DNA of 64,000 bases from Gemmatimonadales bacterium (GTDB lineage Bacteria > Gemmatimonadota > Gemmatimonadetes > Gemmatimonadales > GWC2-71-9). The translations under genes were made by a program, and so were the position numbers. The notes below the pieces were generated by a model. That model was not told the origin of the DNA and ran no database searches. It saw nothing but the letters and a program-made list of their open reading frames with translations. Positions 10,048 to 20,637 of the stretch are shown piece after piece. Within the stretch, counting starts at the first letter, position 1, and each line of letters starts with the position of its first letter. The stretch is taken from contig JAWKQJ010000007.1 in the NCBI GenBank assembly GCA_041390205.1, positions 27,777 through 91,776 on the forward strand. The letters are read 5' to 3'.

Positions 10048-10947
10048 CTAGCGCTTGACGAAGACGAAGCGGAAGTGGTCCAGCAGCTCCCGTTCGAAGC
10101 AGACCGTGTTGGCGCTGATCCCGGACGCGAACGCGTACCGGAAGTCCGGGCTGGTGAGATAGCGCGGCAGCAGCTGCAGCTTGAGAGCCAGCTTCTTCAG
10201 GCTCGGCGCCGCGAAGCGAAGCCGCCACTGGCGAATGGTCTCGATGTAGTCGAGCCGGCCGCTGCTCTTCGACTCGAGCTCGAAGACCGGCTCGGCGGTA
10301 CGCTCCACCTGCTCCGAGCCGTAGGGCAGCCAGGAGCCGGGGAACTGCTTCCCCATCAGGGCCAGCATGAAGGCGTCGGAGTCGCGCGGCGCGTCGACGC
10401 TGATCTGCTCGGCCGGGATCATGTTGCGGCCGAAGACCATGGTCTGGAGGAAGAATTTGCCGCCACTCGGGATCAGGGTGGCGACCCGGCGGAAGAGGTC
10501 GGCGTACACCTCGTCCTGCCGGCCGGCCCGATACTCGTCCGGGGAGCAGAAGTGCTCGAAAGCCCCCAGGCTCACCACGGCGTCGAAGGACCCGAAGGTG
10601 TCGGCGTCGATGGTCCGGCAGTCCCGGATGTGGACGTCCAGCCCGTTCTTCTGGCAGGCGCGGGCCTGCGCCGAGGAGAGCGTCACCCCGGTGCCCACCG
10701 CCCCGATTCCCCTGGCGTAGCGGAGGAAGGGCCCCCAGCCGCAGCCCAGGTCCAGCACCCGGGTGCCCTGGCCGATCCCGAGGCTCGAGGCGATGAAGTC
10801 GTGCTTCCGCTTCTGAGCCTGCTCCAGGCTCATCTGGAAGTCCCCGTCGTACTTCGCGCCGCTGAAATCGGCCATCTCCCCGAGACTGAGCCGGAAGACC
10901 CGGTCGATCAGCGAGTAGGTGAACTCCAGATCCGCTTGCTTGGCCAT
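10048..10947 (-). CDS. Class I SAM-dependent methyltransferase (cyclopropane-fatty-acyl-phospholipid-synthase-like)
   Basis: Motif I VLDLGCGWGPF. CFA-synthase-like C-terminal region. Stop lies 3 nt upstream of the NAT start (operon). Confidence 0.8.
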   Translation of the reverse strand: MAKQADLEFTYSLIDRVFRLSLGEMADFSGAKYDGDFQMSLEQAQKRKHDFIASSLGIGQGTRVLDLGCGWGPFLRYARGIGAVGTGVTLSSAQARACQKNGLDVHIRDCRTIDADTFGSFDAVVSLGAFEHFCSPDEYRAGRQDEVYADLFRRVATLIPSGGKFFLQTMVFGRNMIPAEQISVDAPRDSDAFMLALMGKQFPGSWLPYGSEQVERTAEPVFELESKSSGRLDYIETIRQWRLRFAAPSLKKLALKLQLLPRYLTSPDFRYAFASGISANTVCFERELLDHFRFVFVKR

Positions 10948-11168
10948 GCCGTACCTGTCCTCGCCTCGGTCGTTCGCGCCACAGACAACGGACCGGGGGC
11001 CGCTCAGGTTCCAGGGAGCGGGCGGACCGGATCCGAAACAGACGATAGGATACCGGCGTCCTAACGTTGGTGCCAGCGCCCTGGCCGATCCGGTCAGCGC
11101 AGCGGCGGTCCGGTGCGTATTCTTAGGGTTGCCTCAGAAACCGTTCATCCTGGTCCCCGACGGTCCCC

Positions 11169-14100
11169 ATGTTCCTCTCCGATCTCTCGATTCGACGGCC
11201 GGTCCTGGCGTCCATGGCCAGCGTCGCCCTCGTGCTCTTCGGGGCCATCGGATACCGGGAGCTGGCGGTTCGCGAGTACCCGGACGTGGACCCCCCGATC
11301 GTCTCCGTCTCGGTCTCGCTCCGGGGGGCCAACCCCAGGGTGATCGAGTCGGCGGTCACCGACGTCCTCGAGGAGCAGCTCTCCGCCCTCGAGGGGCTCC
11401 GCACCATGAGCAGCACCAGCTCGGAGCAGTCGGCCAACGTCACCCTGGAGTTCAACCTCGACCGGCCGGTCGACGTGGCGGCCCAGGACGTCCGGGACCT
11501 GGTCTCCCGGGTCCGCCGCCGGCTCCCGCAGGAGATCGAGGAGCCGATCATCACCAAGCAGGACGCCGACGCCCGGCCCTCGATGTTCGTCTCGCTCACC
11601 GGCGACAACTACAACCTGCTCCAGCTGTCCGAGATCGCCGACCGCTACGTCAAGACGCCGTTACAGAGCGTCCCCGGGATCGCCCAGGCCCAGGTCAGGG
11701 GCGAGCGGCGCTACGCCATGCGGGTCTGGCTCTCCGCCTCGGAGCTGACGGCGCGCGGCCTGACCACCCAGGACGTGGTGGCCGCGATCCAGTCCCGAAA
11801 CGTCGAGATCCCGGCCGGGCGGATCGAGTCGGCCCGCCGGGAGTTCACGATCCGGTCCCTCGGCGAGCTGAAGACCCCGGAAGAGTTCGGCAACCTGGTC
11901 GTGGCCAACACCGGCCGCCAGCTGGTCAAGCTCCGGGACGTGGCGCGGGTGGAGCTGGGGCCGGAGGACGACCGGAGCCGCTTCCGCTTCAACGGCCACC
12001 CGGCGGTGGGCGTCTCGCTCAACCGGCAATCGAAGTCCAATCTGGTCGAGGTCTCGGACGCCGTGCGAGCGGCGCTGCCCGAGATCCAGGCCTCGCTCCC
12101 GCCCGGGGTGAGCCTGGTGCTCGGCTTCGACTCGTCGATCTACGTCAAGCAGTCGATCAAGGAGGCCCAGGAGACCCTGGTGCTGGCCGGCTTCCTGGTG
12201 GTCCTGATCATCTTCGTGTTTCTCCGGAATCTCCGGGCCACCATCATCCCCGGCCTCGCGATTCCGACCTCGATCGTCGCGACCTTCGCGGTGATGTACT
12301 TCCTCGACTTCTCGATCAACAACCTGACCCTCTTGGCCCTCACCCTGGCGATCGGGATCGTGGTCGACGACGCGATCATCGTGCTCGAGAACGCCTACCG
12401 GCACCAGGAAGAGCTCAATGAGCCGCCGGAAGCGGCGGCCCAGCGCGGCACCAGCGAGATCGCCTTCGCGGTGATCGCCACCACCATCGCGCTGGTGGCC
12501 GTCTTCACCCCGCTGGCCTTCCTCAAGGGCTCGACCGGCCGGCTCTTCAACGAGTTCGGGATCGCGGTGGCCGGCGCGGTGATCGTCTCCGGCTTCGTGG
12601 CGCTCACCCTGACGCCGATGCTCTGCGCCAAGATCCTCAAGGTGCCTGCGCGGCACGGGGTGGTCTACGAGGCGCTGGAGCGCGGCTTCGCGGGCCTGGC
12701 CAGCGGCTACCAGCGCTCGTTGCGCTGGGCGCTCGCCCATCGGGTCGCGGTGCTCGTGGTCGTCATCGTCCTTCTGGCCGGCGCGGGGCTCACCTTCCTC
12801 AATCTGAAGCGCGAGTTCGTGCCGCCCGAGGATCGGGCCTTCATCCAGGTGATCGTGGTGGCGCCCGAGGGCTCCACGGTCGACTACACCTCGGAGTATC
12901 AGGCTCGCGCCGAGGAGGTCCTGATCAACACCCCGGAGGTGGAGGCCGCCACGAGCGTCGTGGCGTTCGGCGGGGGCGGGGGCGGCGGCCGGGTCAACAG
13001 CGGCTTCATCTTCGTCCGCTTGAAATCGTGGTCCGAGCGGACCCGTTCGGTGCCCGAGATCATCCAGGCCATCCAGCCTCAGCTCCTCTCGATTCCGGGC
13101 GCTCTGGTCTTTGCCAACAACCCTCCCGCCTTCGGCGGCTTCGGCTCCCCGGTGCAGTTCGTGATCCGCCACCCGGACTTCGACTCGCTGGTGGTCGGGA
13201 TGGACTCGCTGGTCCGGCGGGCCCGCCAGATTCCCGGGCTCACGAACGTCGACACCGACCTCCGGGTCAACAAGCCCGAGCTGGTGGTCTCCTACGACCG
13301 CGACCGGATGGAGGATCTCGGCGTGGCCGTGCGGGACGTGGCGGGCACCATGCAGGCGCTCCTGGGCGGCCAGCGGGTCAGCACCTTCACCCAGCGGAAC
13401 GAGCTCTACGAGGTGATCGTCCAGCTCGCGCCGGAGAACCGGGCCACGCCGAGCGACATGACCGGCCTGACCGTGCGCGGACGGGAGCGCCGGCTGATCC
13501 AGCTGGATCAGGTGGCGCACGTCGAGGAGGCCGTCGGGGCCCGTCAGCTCAACCACTTCAACCGGGTCCGCTCGGCCACGCTCACGGCCAGCCTGGCGCC
13601 GGGCTTCACCCTGGGCGAGGCGATCGACTCGCTCCAGGCCACCGCCACCGAGGTGCTGCCGCCGGGGTCCTCCACCGCGCTCACCGGCGAGTCGCGCGAG
13701 CTCGAGGAGAGCGGCAACGCCCTCTACTTCGCCTTCGCGCTGGCGCTCGCCGTCGTCTTCATGGTGCTCGCCTCGCAGTTCAACTCGATGATCCACCCGT
13801 TCACCGTATTGCTCGCCGTGCCGCTCGCGGTCACCGGCGCGCTTTTCACGCTCTGGATCGCGGGGTCGACCATCAACCTCTACAGCCAGATCGGGATGAT
13901 CCTGCTGATCGGGCTGGTCACCAAGAACTCGATCCTGCTCGTGGAATACACCAACCAGCTCAAAGAGCGCGGCAAGGCCACGGTCGAGGCGCTGCTCGAG
14001 GCCGGGCGGATCCGGCTCCGGCCGATCCTGATGACCTCGGTCGCCACCGTCGTCGGCGCGGTCCCGATCGCCCTCGGTCTCGGGGCCGGGTCCGCCAGCC

Positions 14101-14270
14101 GGCGGCCCCTCGGATACGCCATCGTGGGCGGCGTGATCCTCTCGACCGCGTTGACTCTCTACCTGGTCCCGGTCGCCTATGCGCTGCTCGATCGCGCCCG
14201 GGTCCGGGTGAAGGACCCGCTGGAGACCGGAGCACCGCGGCCGCTCGCGGCCGGCCGGGGCGGGGAATGA
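11169..14270 (+). CDS. RND efflux transporter permease (AcrB/HAE1-like)
   Basis: 1033 aa starting MFLSDLSIRRPVLASM, with 12-TM/2-loop architecture. Uninterrupted ORF. Confidence 0.95.
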   Translation: MFLSDLSIRRPVLASMASVALVLFGAIGYRELAVREYPDVDPPIVSVSVSLRGANPRVIESAVTDVLEEQLSALEGLRTMSSTSSEQSANVTLEFNLDRPVDVAAQDVRDLVSRVRRRLPQEIEEPIITKQDADARPSMFVSLTGDNYNLLQLSEIADRYVKTPLQSVPGIAQAQVRGERRYAMRVWLSASELTARGLTTQDVVAAIQSRNVEIPAGRIESARREFTIRSLGELKTPEEFGNLVVANTGRQLVKLRDVARVELGPEDDRSRFRFNGHPAVGVSLNRQSKSNLVEVSDAVRAALPEIQASLPPGVSLVLGFDSSIYVKQSIKEAQETLVLAGFLVVLIIFVFLRNLRATIIPGLAIPTSIVATFAVMYFLDFSINNLTLLALTLAIGIVVDDAIIVLENAYRHQEELNEPPEAAAQRGTSEIAFAVIATTIALVAVFTPLAFLKGSTGRLFNEFGIAVAGAVIVSGFVALTLTPMLCAKILKVPARHGVVYEALERGFAGLASGYQRSLRWALAHRVAVLVVVIVLLAGAGLTFLNLKREFVPPEDRAFIQVIVVAPEGSTVDYTSEYQARAEEVLINTPEVEAATSVVAFGGGGGGGRVNSGFIFVRLKSWSERTRSVPEIIQAIQPQLLSIPGALVFANNPPAFGGFGSPVQFVIRHPDFDSLVVGMDSLVRRARQIPGLTNVDTDLRVNKPELVVSYDRDRMEDLGVAVRDVAGTMQALLGGQRVSTFTQRNELYEVIVQLAPENRATPSDMTGLTVRGRERRLIQLDQVAHVEEAVGARQLNHFNRVRSATLTASLAPGFTLGEAIDSLQATATEVLPPGSSTALTGESRELEESGNALYFAFALALAVVFMVLASQFNSMIHPFTVLLAVPLAVTGALFTLWIAGSTINLYSQIGMILLIGLVTKNSILLVEYTNQLKERGKATVEALLEAGRIRLRPILMTSVATVVGAVPIALGLGAGSASRRPLGYAIVGGVILSTALTLYLVPVAYALLDRARVRVKDPLETGAPRPLAAGRGGE

Positions 14271-15538
14271 TCGCCACGGCCCTGCTCGCGCTGGCCCTGG
14301 GTGGCGGCGCGGTCGACACCATTCCCCGGCTCACCCTCGACGAAGCGCTCACCAGAGCGGCGCGGGTCGACCCCAACTACGTCCGGGCCCTCGGCAACGT
14401 CAGCTCCGCCGACTGGGCGCGGCGCTCGGCGCTCGCGACCTTCGTGCTGCCCTCGCTCACTCTGAGCTCGGACTACACCTTCTTCTCCACCGAGCAGTTC
14501 AACATCGGCATCGGCGCGCCGGCCTCGACCATCGTCGCGGCCCGCGCGGACGTCCGTTTCGGGCTCTTCACCGGCGGGCGCAAATCGGCCGAGCTCAAGC
14601 GGGCGCGCGCGGAGCAGGAGGGGGCAGAGGCCACCGAGGTCCAGGCCCGGTTCGGCGTCGCCCTGGCCACCGAGGCGGACTTCTACGCCGTCCTCGGCGG
14701 GCAGGAGCTGCTCCAGGTCGCCAACGACCGGGTGAGCCGCGCCGAATCGCAGCTGGTCGTCGCCCGGGCGCGGGTGGTGAGCGGCGCGGTGGTCCAGACC
14801 GACTCGCTCCAGGTGCTGCTCGAGCTGAACCAGGCGCGGATCGGCCTGCTCCGGGAAGAGGCGGCCGTCCTCGTGGCCCGCCTCAGTCTCGGCCGGCGAG
14901 TCGGGGTCGGCGGACCGGTCGACGTCGCGCCGACCGACACCACCCTGCCCGAGCTGCCGCTCGGGCTCCCACAGGCCGTGGAGCTGGCCGCGCTCGAGGG
15001 GCCGGACTACCGGATTGCGCTCGCCAACGAGCGCCAGGCCGAAGCCTTCGTGAAGAGCCAGCGGGCTTCGTATTTCCCGCAGCTCTCCCTCGGCGCCAAC
15101 CTCTCCAGCTTCGACGATCGCTTCTTTCCCGACGCGCTGAGCCGATCCTCGCTGACCATCTCGCTGAGCTTCCCCGTCTGGGACGGCTTCCAGCGGGAGC
15201 TGGCGATCAACCGGGCGCGCACCACCCTCGACGTGGCGCGCGCTCAGCGCGAGGACGCGCTCCGCGCGACCGCGGTCGACGTGACCCAGGCCTACTCCGC
15301 CTACCAGACCGCCCGGCAAACCGCCGAGGTCAGCAGCCAGGCGGTGTCGATCGCGCAGGAGAACTTCCGGGTGCAGGAGGCCCGCTACCGCGCTGGCGCC
15401 AGCACCATCCTCGACCTGCTCGAGGCTCAGACCCGACTCACCGAGGCCCAGGCGCAGCTGGTCCAGTCGCGTTATGCCGCGCGTCTCGCCCTGGCCGGCT
15501 TGGAGGCCCTGCTGGGCCGCCGCCTCTTCAGAGACTAG
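14267..15538 (+). CDS. TolC-family outer membrane factor of the RND system
   Basis: ATG at 14267 overlaps the pump stop (ATGA). Signal peptide, LTLDEALTRA, and OEP repeats. Confidence 0.85.
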   Translation: MIATALLALALGGGAVDTIPRLTLDEALTRAARVDPNYVRALGNVSSADWARRSALATFVLPSLTLSSDYTFFSTEQFNIGIGAPASTIVAARADVRFGLFTGGRKSAELKRARAEQEGAEATEVQARFGVALATEADFYAVLGGQELLQVANDRVSRAESQLVVARARVVSGAVVQTDSLQVLLELNQARIGLLREEAAVLVARLSLGRRVGVGGPVDVAPTDTTLPELPLGLPQAVELAALEGPDYRIALANERQAEAFVKSQRASYFPQLSLGANLSSFDDRFFPDALSRSSLTISLSFPVWDGFQRELAINRARTTLDVARAQREDALRATAVDVTQAYSAYQTARQTAEVSSQAVSIAQENFRVQEARYRAGASTILDLLEAQTRLTEAQAQLVQSRYAARLALAGLEALLGRRLFRD

Positions 15539-15547
15539 AGACTAGGA

Positions 15548-16639
15548 ATGCCCGTGCCGAACCGCTCGCTCGCTCTCCTGCTGGTCGGACTCGCCGCCTG
15601 CAGCAAGGCAGGCTCCGACACTCCGGCCTCCCGCGGTCGCGGGATGGGTGGGCCCGTGCCCGTCGAGGTCGTCGAGGCCCGCTCCGACACCGTGGTGGAC
15701 GCGATCACCGCCACGGGTCAGATCGAAGCTCTCCAAGCCATCGAGCTGCGCCCGGAGGTGGACGGGCGCCTGGTGGAGATCATGGTCCGCGAAGGGGCCG
15801 AGGTCGCCCAGGGCGCCCCGCTGTTCAAGGTCGACGACGGCGAGCTCGCGGCCCAGGTGGCCCGGGCCGAAGCCGACCGCGACCTGGCCGACCAGGCGTT
15901 GGCGCGCACCCGGCAGCTCTTGTCCGAGAAAGCGGCCGCGCCCGCCGACGTCGAGCGGGCCGAAGCCTCGGCGCGGAGCGCGCGGGCCCAGTACGAGCTG
16001 CTCAAGCTGCGGCTCGATCGCACCGTCGTCCGGGCCCCCTTCGCCGGGGTCGTGGGCCAGCGGCTCGCGAGCCTGGGGGACTACGTCAACACCAGCACCC
16101 GGCTGATCACCCTGCAGACGGTCAATCCGCAGCGGGCCGTCTTCCAGGTCCCCGAGCGGTACGCCGAGCGGCTCGCGCTGCGGCAGCAGATCGCCTTCCG
16201 GGTGGCGGCGCTCACCGGGCGCGAGTTCCGCGGCACGGTCGACTTCGTCGACCCGCGGGTCGAGCTGCCCGGCCGGACGATCACCGTCAAGGCGCTGGTC
16301 CAGAACCCCAAGCGGGAGCTCCAGGCCGGGATGTTCCTCGAGGTGCGGCTGGAGACCGACCGCCGGGCCAACGCGACCGTGATCCCCGAGGACGCCGTGA
16401 TCCCCGCTCAGGCCGGCAACGTGGTGTGGGTGGTGAACGGCGAGAAGGTCGATCGTCGCGCCGTGGAGCTCGGCGTCCGCACGCCGGGCTTCGTCGAGGT
16501 CCGCGGCGTCGACCCGGGCGAGATGGTGGTGGTCGGCGGCGCGGAGCGCCTCAACCCGGCCTCGACCGTCAAGGCGACGGTGGTCGAGCGCACCCCGGCC
16601 CGCGCCATCGAGCCGACCGCGGAGCAGGCCTCGCAATGA
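15548..16639 (+). CDS. Efflux RND periplasmic adaptor (membrane fusion protein)
   Basis: Lipoprotein-like start LLVGLAACS, then lipoyl/hairpin/beta-barrel pattern (ATGQIEALQAIELRPEVDGRL..., VRAPFAGVVG). Confidence 0.9.
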   Translation: MPVPNRSLALLLVGLAACSKAGSDTPASRGRGMGGPVPVEVVEARSDTVVDAITATGQIEALQAIELRPEVDGRLVEIMVREGAEVAQGAPLFKVDDGELAAQVARAEADRDLADQALARTRQLLSEKAAAPADVERAEASARSARAQYELLKLRLDRTVVRAPFAGVVGQRLASLGDYVNTSTRLITLQTVNPQRAVFQVPERYAERLALRQQIAFRVAALTGREFRGTVDFVDPRVELPGRTITVKALVQNPKRELQAGMFLEVRLETDRRANATVIPEDAVIPAQAGNVVWVVNGEKVDRRAVELGVRTPGFVEVRGVDPGEMVVVGGAERLNPASTVKATVVERTPARAIEPTAEQASQ

Positions 16640-16688
16640 CCGCCGCTCCGCGCGCCCGACCCGGAGCCTCGGCCGCGCCACGATCGGG

Positions 16689-17903
16689 GTGATCGTGCGG
16701 CGCCCGGCGGTCTGCGGCGTGCTGGTTGCGATCGCGGCCTGCGCGGCACCTCGCGGGACCACACCGGAGCGAGACCCGCTGGTGGTGCTGATCGGCGTGG
16801 ACGGCTTCCGCGCCGACTACCTCGAGCGACCGGCGGCGGCCACCTTCCGCTCCCTGGCCGAGCGAGGCGTCCGCGCGGAAAAGCTGGTGCCGGTCTTTCC
16901 CACCAAGACCTTTCCCAACTTCTACACCATCGCCACCGGCCTCTACCCGACCCATCACGGCATCGTCGCCAACACGATGCGGGACTCGGTGCTCGGGAGC
17001 TTCACCCTGTCCAATCGCGCCGCCGTCGAGGACGGCCGATGGTGGGGCGGCGAGCCCATCTGGGTCACGGCCATCCGGGCCGGTCACCCCGCCACCGCGA
17101 TGTTCTGGCCCGGCTCCGAGGCCGACGTGGGCGGGGTCCGGCCGACCGAGTGGCGTCGCTTCACGGCGGACAAGAGCTACGACGAGCGGGTCGAGGAGGT
17201 GCTCGGATGGCTGGGTCGCGCCCCTCCCGAGCGACCGATCGTCACCACGCTCTACTTCGACGGTGTCGACGCGGCCGGCCATCGCTACGGGCCCGGCTCG
17301 GTCGAAGTCGACTCCGCCATCGCGCGGGTCGACCGGGCTCTCGCCTCGTTTCTCCGCGGACTCGCCGATCGTGGGCTCGATTCGATCGCCAACCTCGTCG
17401 TGGTCTCGGACCACGGCATGGCGGAGCTCGCCCCCGATCGCGTGATCTGGATCGACGACTACCTCGACTCCACCCAAGCCGAGATCGTGGACCTCGCGCC
17501 GGTCACTACGATCGCCCCGAAGCCCGGAGCCGAGTCGGCGGTCCTCGAGGCGCTCGCCGGGCGGCACCCGCACCTCGCCGTCCATCGTGCCGATCGGCTC
17601 CCCGCGCGGCTTCACGCCGACCCGCATCCGCGAGTGCCCGCCATCGTCGCGATCGCCGACCCGGGCTGGTCGGTGCGGCGCCGCGCGGCGGGCCCGCTGA
17701 CCGACAGAGGCAATCACGGATTCGACCCCGAGGATTCGTCGATGGCGGGGATCCTGATCGCCGCGGGGCCGGCGTTCCGATCGGGCGCCGTCGTCCCTCC
17801 GCTGAGCAACGTCCACCTCTACGCGCTGCTCGCGGGTCTCCTCGGACTCGAGCCCGCGCCGAACGACGGCTCGCCCGACTCCGTGCGAGCGCTCCTCCGG
17901 TGA
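16689..17903 (+). CDS. Ectonucleotide pyrophosphatase/phosphodiesterase (alkaline-phosphatase superfamily)
   Basis: [41 protein letters not shown]. Confidence 0.85.
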   Translation: MIVRRPAVCGVLVAIAACAAPRGTTPERDPLVVLIGVDGFRADYLERPAAATFRSLAERGVRAEKLVPVFPTKTFPNFYTIATGLYPTHHGIVANTMRDSVLGSFTLSNRAAVEDGRWWGGEPIWVTAIRAGHPATAMFWPGSEADVGGVRPTEWRRFTADKSYDERVEEVLGWLGRAPPERPIVTTLYFDGVDAAGHRYGPGSVEVDSAIARVDRALASFLRGLADRGLDSIANLVVVSDHGMAELAPDRVIWIDDYLDSTQAEIVDLAPVTTIAPKPGAESAVLEALAGRHPHLAVHRADRLPARLHADPHPRVPAIVAIADPGWSVRRRAAGPLTDRGNHGFDPEDSSMAGILIAAGPAFRSGAVVPPLSNVHLYALLAGLLGLEPAPNDGSPDSVRALLR

Positions 17904-17950
17904 CCCCGGCCCCATTTGCGGCACCTGGCTCCGACGCTTTATTCCGAGCT

Positions 17951-18595
17951 ATGCCGCACCCCGACCACCCCAACCTGACGGTCCTCGACCACCCCCTGAT
18001 CCAGCACAAGTTGGCGATCCTGCGGAGTCGGACGACCGAGACCAAGAACTTCCGCCAGCTGGTCGGCGAGATCGCGATGCTGATGACCTACGAGGTCACC
18101 CGGGACCTCGAAACCGAGCCGGTCGAGATCGAGACGCCGCTCGAGGTCACCATGGGCCGGCGGGTGGCGGGCAAGAAGCTGGCTCTGGTGCCGATCCTGC
18201 GGGCGGGCCTCGGCATGGTGGACGGGATCTTGCAGCTGATCCCCTCGGCCCGGGTCGGCCACATCGGCCTCTACCGGGATCACGAAACGCTGGAGCCGGT
18301 CAGCTACTACTTCAAGGTGCCCTCGGCCGAGGCCGATCGCGACGTCTTCGTCCTCGACCCGATGCTGGCGACGGGAGGCTCGGCCGCGGACGCGGTGTCG
18401 AAGCTCAAGTCGGTCGGCGCCACCCGGATCCGGGTGCTCTGCCTGGTGGCCGCCCCCGAAGGCGTCGAGGCGATGCGGAGCCGCCACCCCGACGTGCCGG
18501 TCTACACCGCGGCCCTCGACCGGCAGCTCAACGAGCAGGGCTACATCCTCCCCGGGCTGGGCGACGCCGGCGACCGGATCTTCGGCACCCGATGA
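17951..18595 (+). CDS. upp: Uracil phosphoribosyltransferase
   Basis: In-frame ATG at 17951. [23 protein letters not shown] loop [24 protein letters not shown]. Confidence 0.9.
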   Translation: MPHPDHPNLTVLDHPLIQHKLAILRSRTTETKNFRQLVGEIAMLMTYEVTRDLETEPVEIETPLEVTMGRRVAGKKLALVPILRAGLGMVDGILQLIPSARVGHIGLYRDHETLEPVSYYFKVPSAEADRDVFVLDPMLATGGSAADAVSKLKSVGATRIRVLCLVAAPEGVEAMRSRHPDVPVYTAALDRQLNEQGYILPGLGDAGDRIFGTR

Positions 18596-18641
18596 GCCGG
18601 CGATCCGGAGCGCCAAAAAGCGTTAGGCAGGAGGTCGGACG

Positions 18642-20033
18642 ATGAGCGCCAAACTCACCTTCTGGGGTGCCGCCGGCGAGGTCACCGGGTCGATGCACCT
18701 CCTCGAGGCCGCCGGGGCCCGGATCCTCCTCGACGCCGGGCTCTTCCAGGGCCGCCGCCGGGAGGCCGCCGCCAAGAACGCCGAGCTCCCGTTCGACGCC
18801 CGCCGGATCGACATGGTCCTGCTGAGCCACGCGCACATCGATCACTCGGGACGGCTGCCGCTGCTGGTCCGCCACGGCTTCCACGGACCGATCTACGCGA
18901 CCCCGGCCACCCGGGACCTCTGCGCGGTGATGCTGCCCGACTCGGCCCACATCCAGATGAAGGACGCCGAGTTCCTCGCCCGGCACCGGCGGCCGAAAGG
19001 GCCCGAGAGCGAGCCGCTCTACACCATGGCCGACGCCTTCGCGGTGCAGGAGCTGATGGTCGGCCAGCCCTATCGCCGGGTCACCCACCTGCGAAAGCAC
19101 CTCGCCTTCGAGTTCACCGAGGCTGGCCACATCCTCGGCTCCGCCTCCGTGGACCTCCGGCTCACCGAGGGCGGAGGGCGCCGCATCGTCTTCTCGGGAG
19201 ACATCGGACGGAGCGGGCTCCCGATCATCCGGGACCCGGACCCGCCCACCGGACCGATCGACTGCCTGATCGTCGAATCGACCTACGGCAATCGCGAGCA
19301 CGAGACCACCGGCGACGCGGAGCGGCGCCTCGGCGAGATCGTCCGCACCGTGGCCGCGCGGGGCGGCAAGGTGCTGGTGCCCTCGTTCGCCCTGGGGCGG
19401 ACCCAGGAGCTGGTCTACGCGCTCCATCACCTCTTCCGCCAGGGCGAGATCCCCGAGATCCCGATCTTCGTGGACAGTCCCCTCGCCGTCGAGACCACCA
19501 GCGTCTTCCGGATGCACCCGGAGATCTTCGACCGCCGCGAGAAGCTGGTGGAGCGCACCGACCACATCCTCGACTTCCGGCTGGTCCGCTACGTCAGCGA
19601 CGTCAAGGATTCCAAGCGTCTCAACACCATGCACGGGCCCGCGATCATCATCTCGGCCTCGGGCATGGCCGAATCGGGCCGCATTCTCCACCACCTGAGC
19701 AACCACATCGGCGACCACAAGAACCTGATCCTCTTCGTCGGCTTCCAGGCCGAGCACACCCTGGGTCGGCGACTGCTCGAGGGTCAGCGCGAGGTGAAGA
19801 TCTTCGGCGAGAAGGTGGTGCGCCGCGCCGAGGTCGAGGTGATCGGGGGCTACTCGGCCCACGCCGACAAGCACGAGCTGCGCGCCTGGGTCAAGCGTCT
19901 CGGCGGCCCGGTGAGCCGCGCCTTCGTGGTCCACGGCGAGCCCGAGGCGGCGGCCGGGATGGCGACGATCCTGCGCGAGGAAGGTGTGGGTGAGGTGGTG
20001 ATTCCCGAGCTCGGCCAGTCGTTCGACCTGTGA
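18642..20033 (+). CDS. MBL-fold metallo-hydrolase with beta-CASP/RMMBL domains (RNA-processing nuclease-like)
   Basis: HxHxDH motif SHAHIDHSG, ESTYGNREH, YSAHAD. Confidence 0.85.
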   Translation: MSAKLTFWGAAGEVTGSMHLLEAAGARILLDAGLFQGRRREAAAKNAELPFDARRIDMVLLSHAHIDHSGRLPLLVRHGFHGPIYATPATRDLCAVMLPDSAHIQMKDAEFLARHRRPKGPESEPLYTMADAFAVQELMVGQPYRRVTHLRKHLAFEFTEAGHILGSASVDLRLTEGGGRRIVFSGDIGRSGLPIIRDPDPPTGPIDCLIVESTYGNREHETTGDAERRLGEIVRTVAARGGKVLVPSFALGRTQELVYALHHLFRQGEIPEIPIFVDSPLAVETTSVFRMHPEIFDRREKLVERTDHILDFRLVRYVSDVKDSKRLNTMHGPAIIISASGMAESGRILHHLSNHIGDHKNLILFVGFQAEHTLGRRLLEGQREVKIFGEKVVRRAEVEVIGGYSAHADKHELRAWVKRLGGPVSRAFVVHGEPEAAAGMATILREEGVGEVVIPELGQSFDL

Positions 20034-20623
20034 TCCGGCGGTGGCTCCGGCGCGCGGCCGCGCTCGCGGTGGCGCTGCTCGTCGTCTACGGCGCCCTGCT
20101 CGCCTGGGTCGTGTTCGTCAGCCGGGAGGACCAGCAACGGCCGGCCGACGCCATCGTCGTGCTGGGCGCGGCCCACTACAACGGGCGCCCCTCACCCGTG
20201 CTGCTCGGCCGGCTGGAGCACGCCCTCACCCTCTATCACGGGCGGCTCGCCCCGTGGATCGTGGTCACCGGGGGCACCCATCCCGGCGATGCCGAGAGCG
20301 AGGCCTCGGTACAGCGCCGCTATCTGCTCGAGCACGCCGTGCCCGACTCGGTGGTCGTCCCGCTCGAGGAGGGCGCGACCACCCAGGAGACCATGGCGGC
20401 CGTGGCCCGCTGGCTTCGCGCAGAGCGGCTCGACACGGTCCTGCTGGTGAGTGACGGCTTCCATCTCGCCAGACTCCGACTCGAGGCCCGGAACAACGGC
20501 GTGATCGGCTTCACCACCCCGACGCCGGAGAGCCCGATCGCGCGCGGCAGCTACCGCGAGTGGACCTTCCTCTCGCGCGAGGCGCTCAAGGTGCCGGTGG
20601 CCTGGCTCCGTCGCTTCCCCTAA
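20030..20623 (+). CDS. YdcF/DUF218-family protein
   Basis: N-terminal TM, AIVVLGAA, VVTGG, LLVSDGFHLARL. 4-nt overlap with the upstream gene. Confidence 0.75.
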   Translation: MIRRWLRRAAALAVALLVVYGALLAWVVFVSREDQQRPADAIVVLGAAHYNGRPSPVLLGRLEHALTLYHGRLAPWIVVTGGTHPGDAESEASVQRRYLLEHAVPDSVVVPLEEGATTQETMAAVARWLRAERLDTVLLVSDGFHLARLRLEARNNGVIGFTTPTPESPIARGSYREWTFLSREALKVPVAWLRRFP

Positions 20624-20637
20624 TCCAGAAGATCCCC

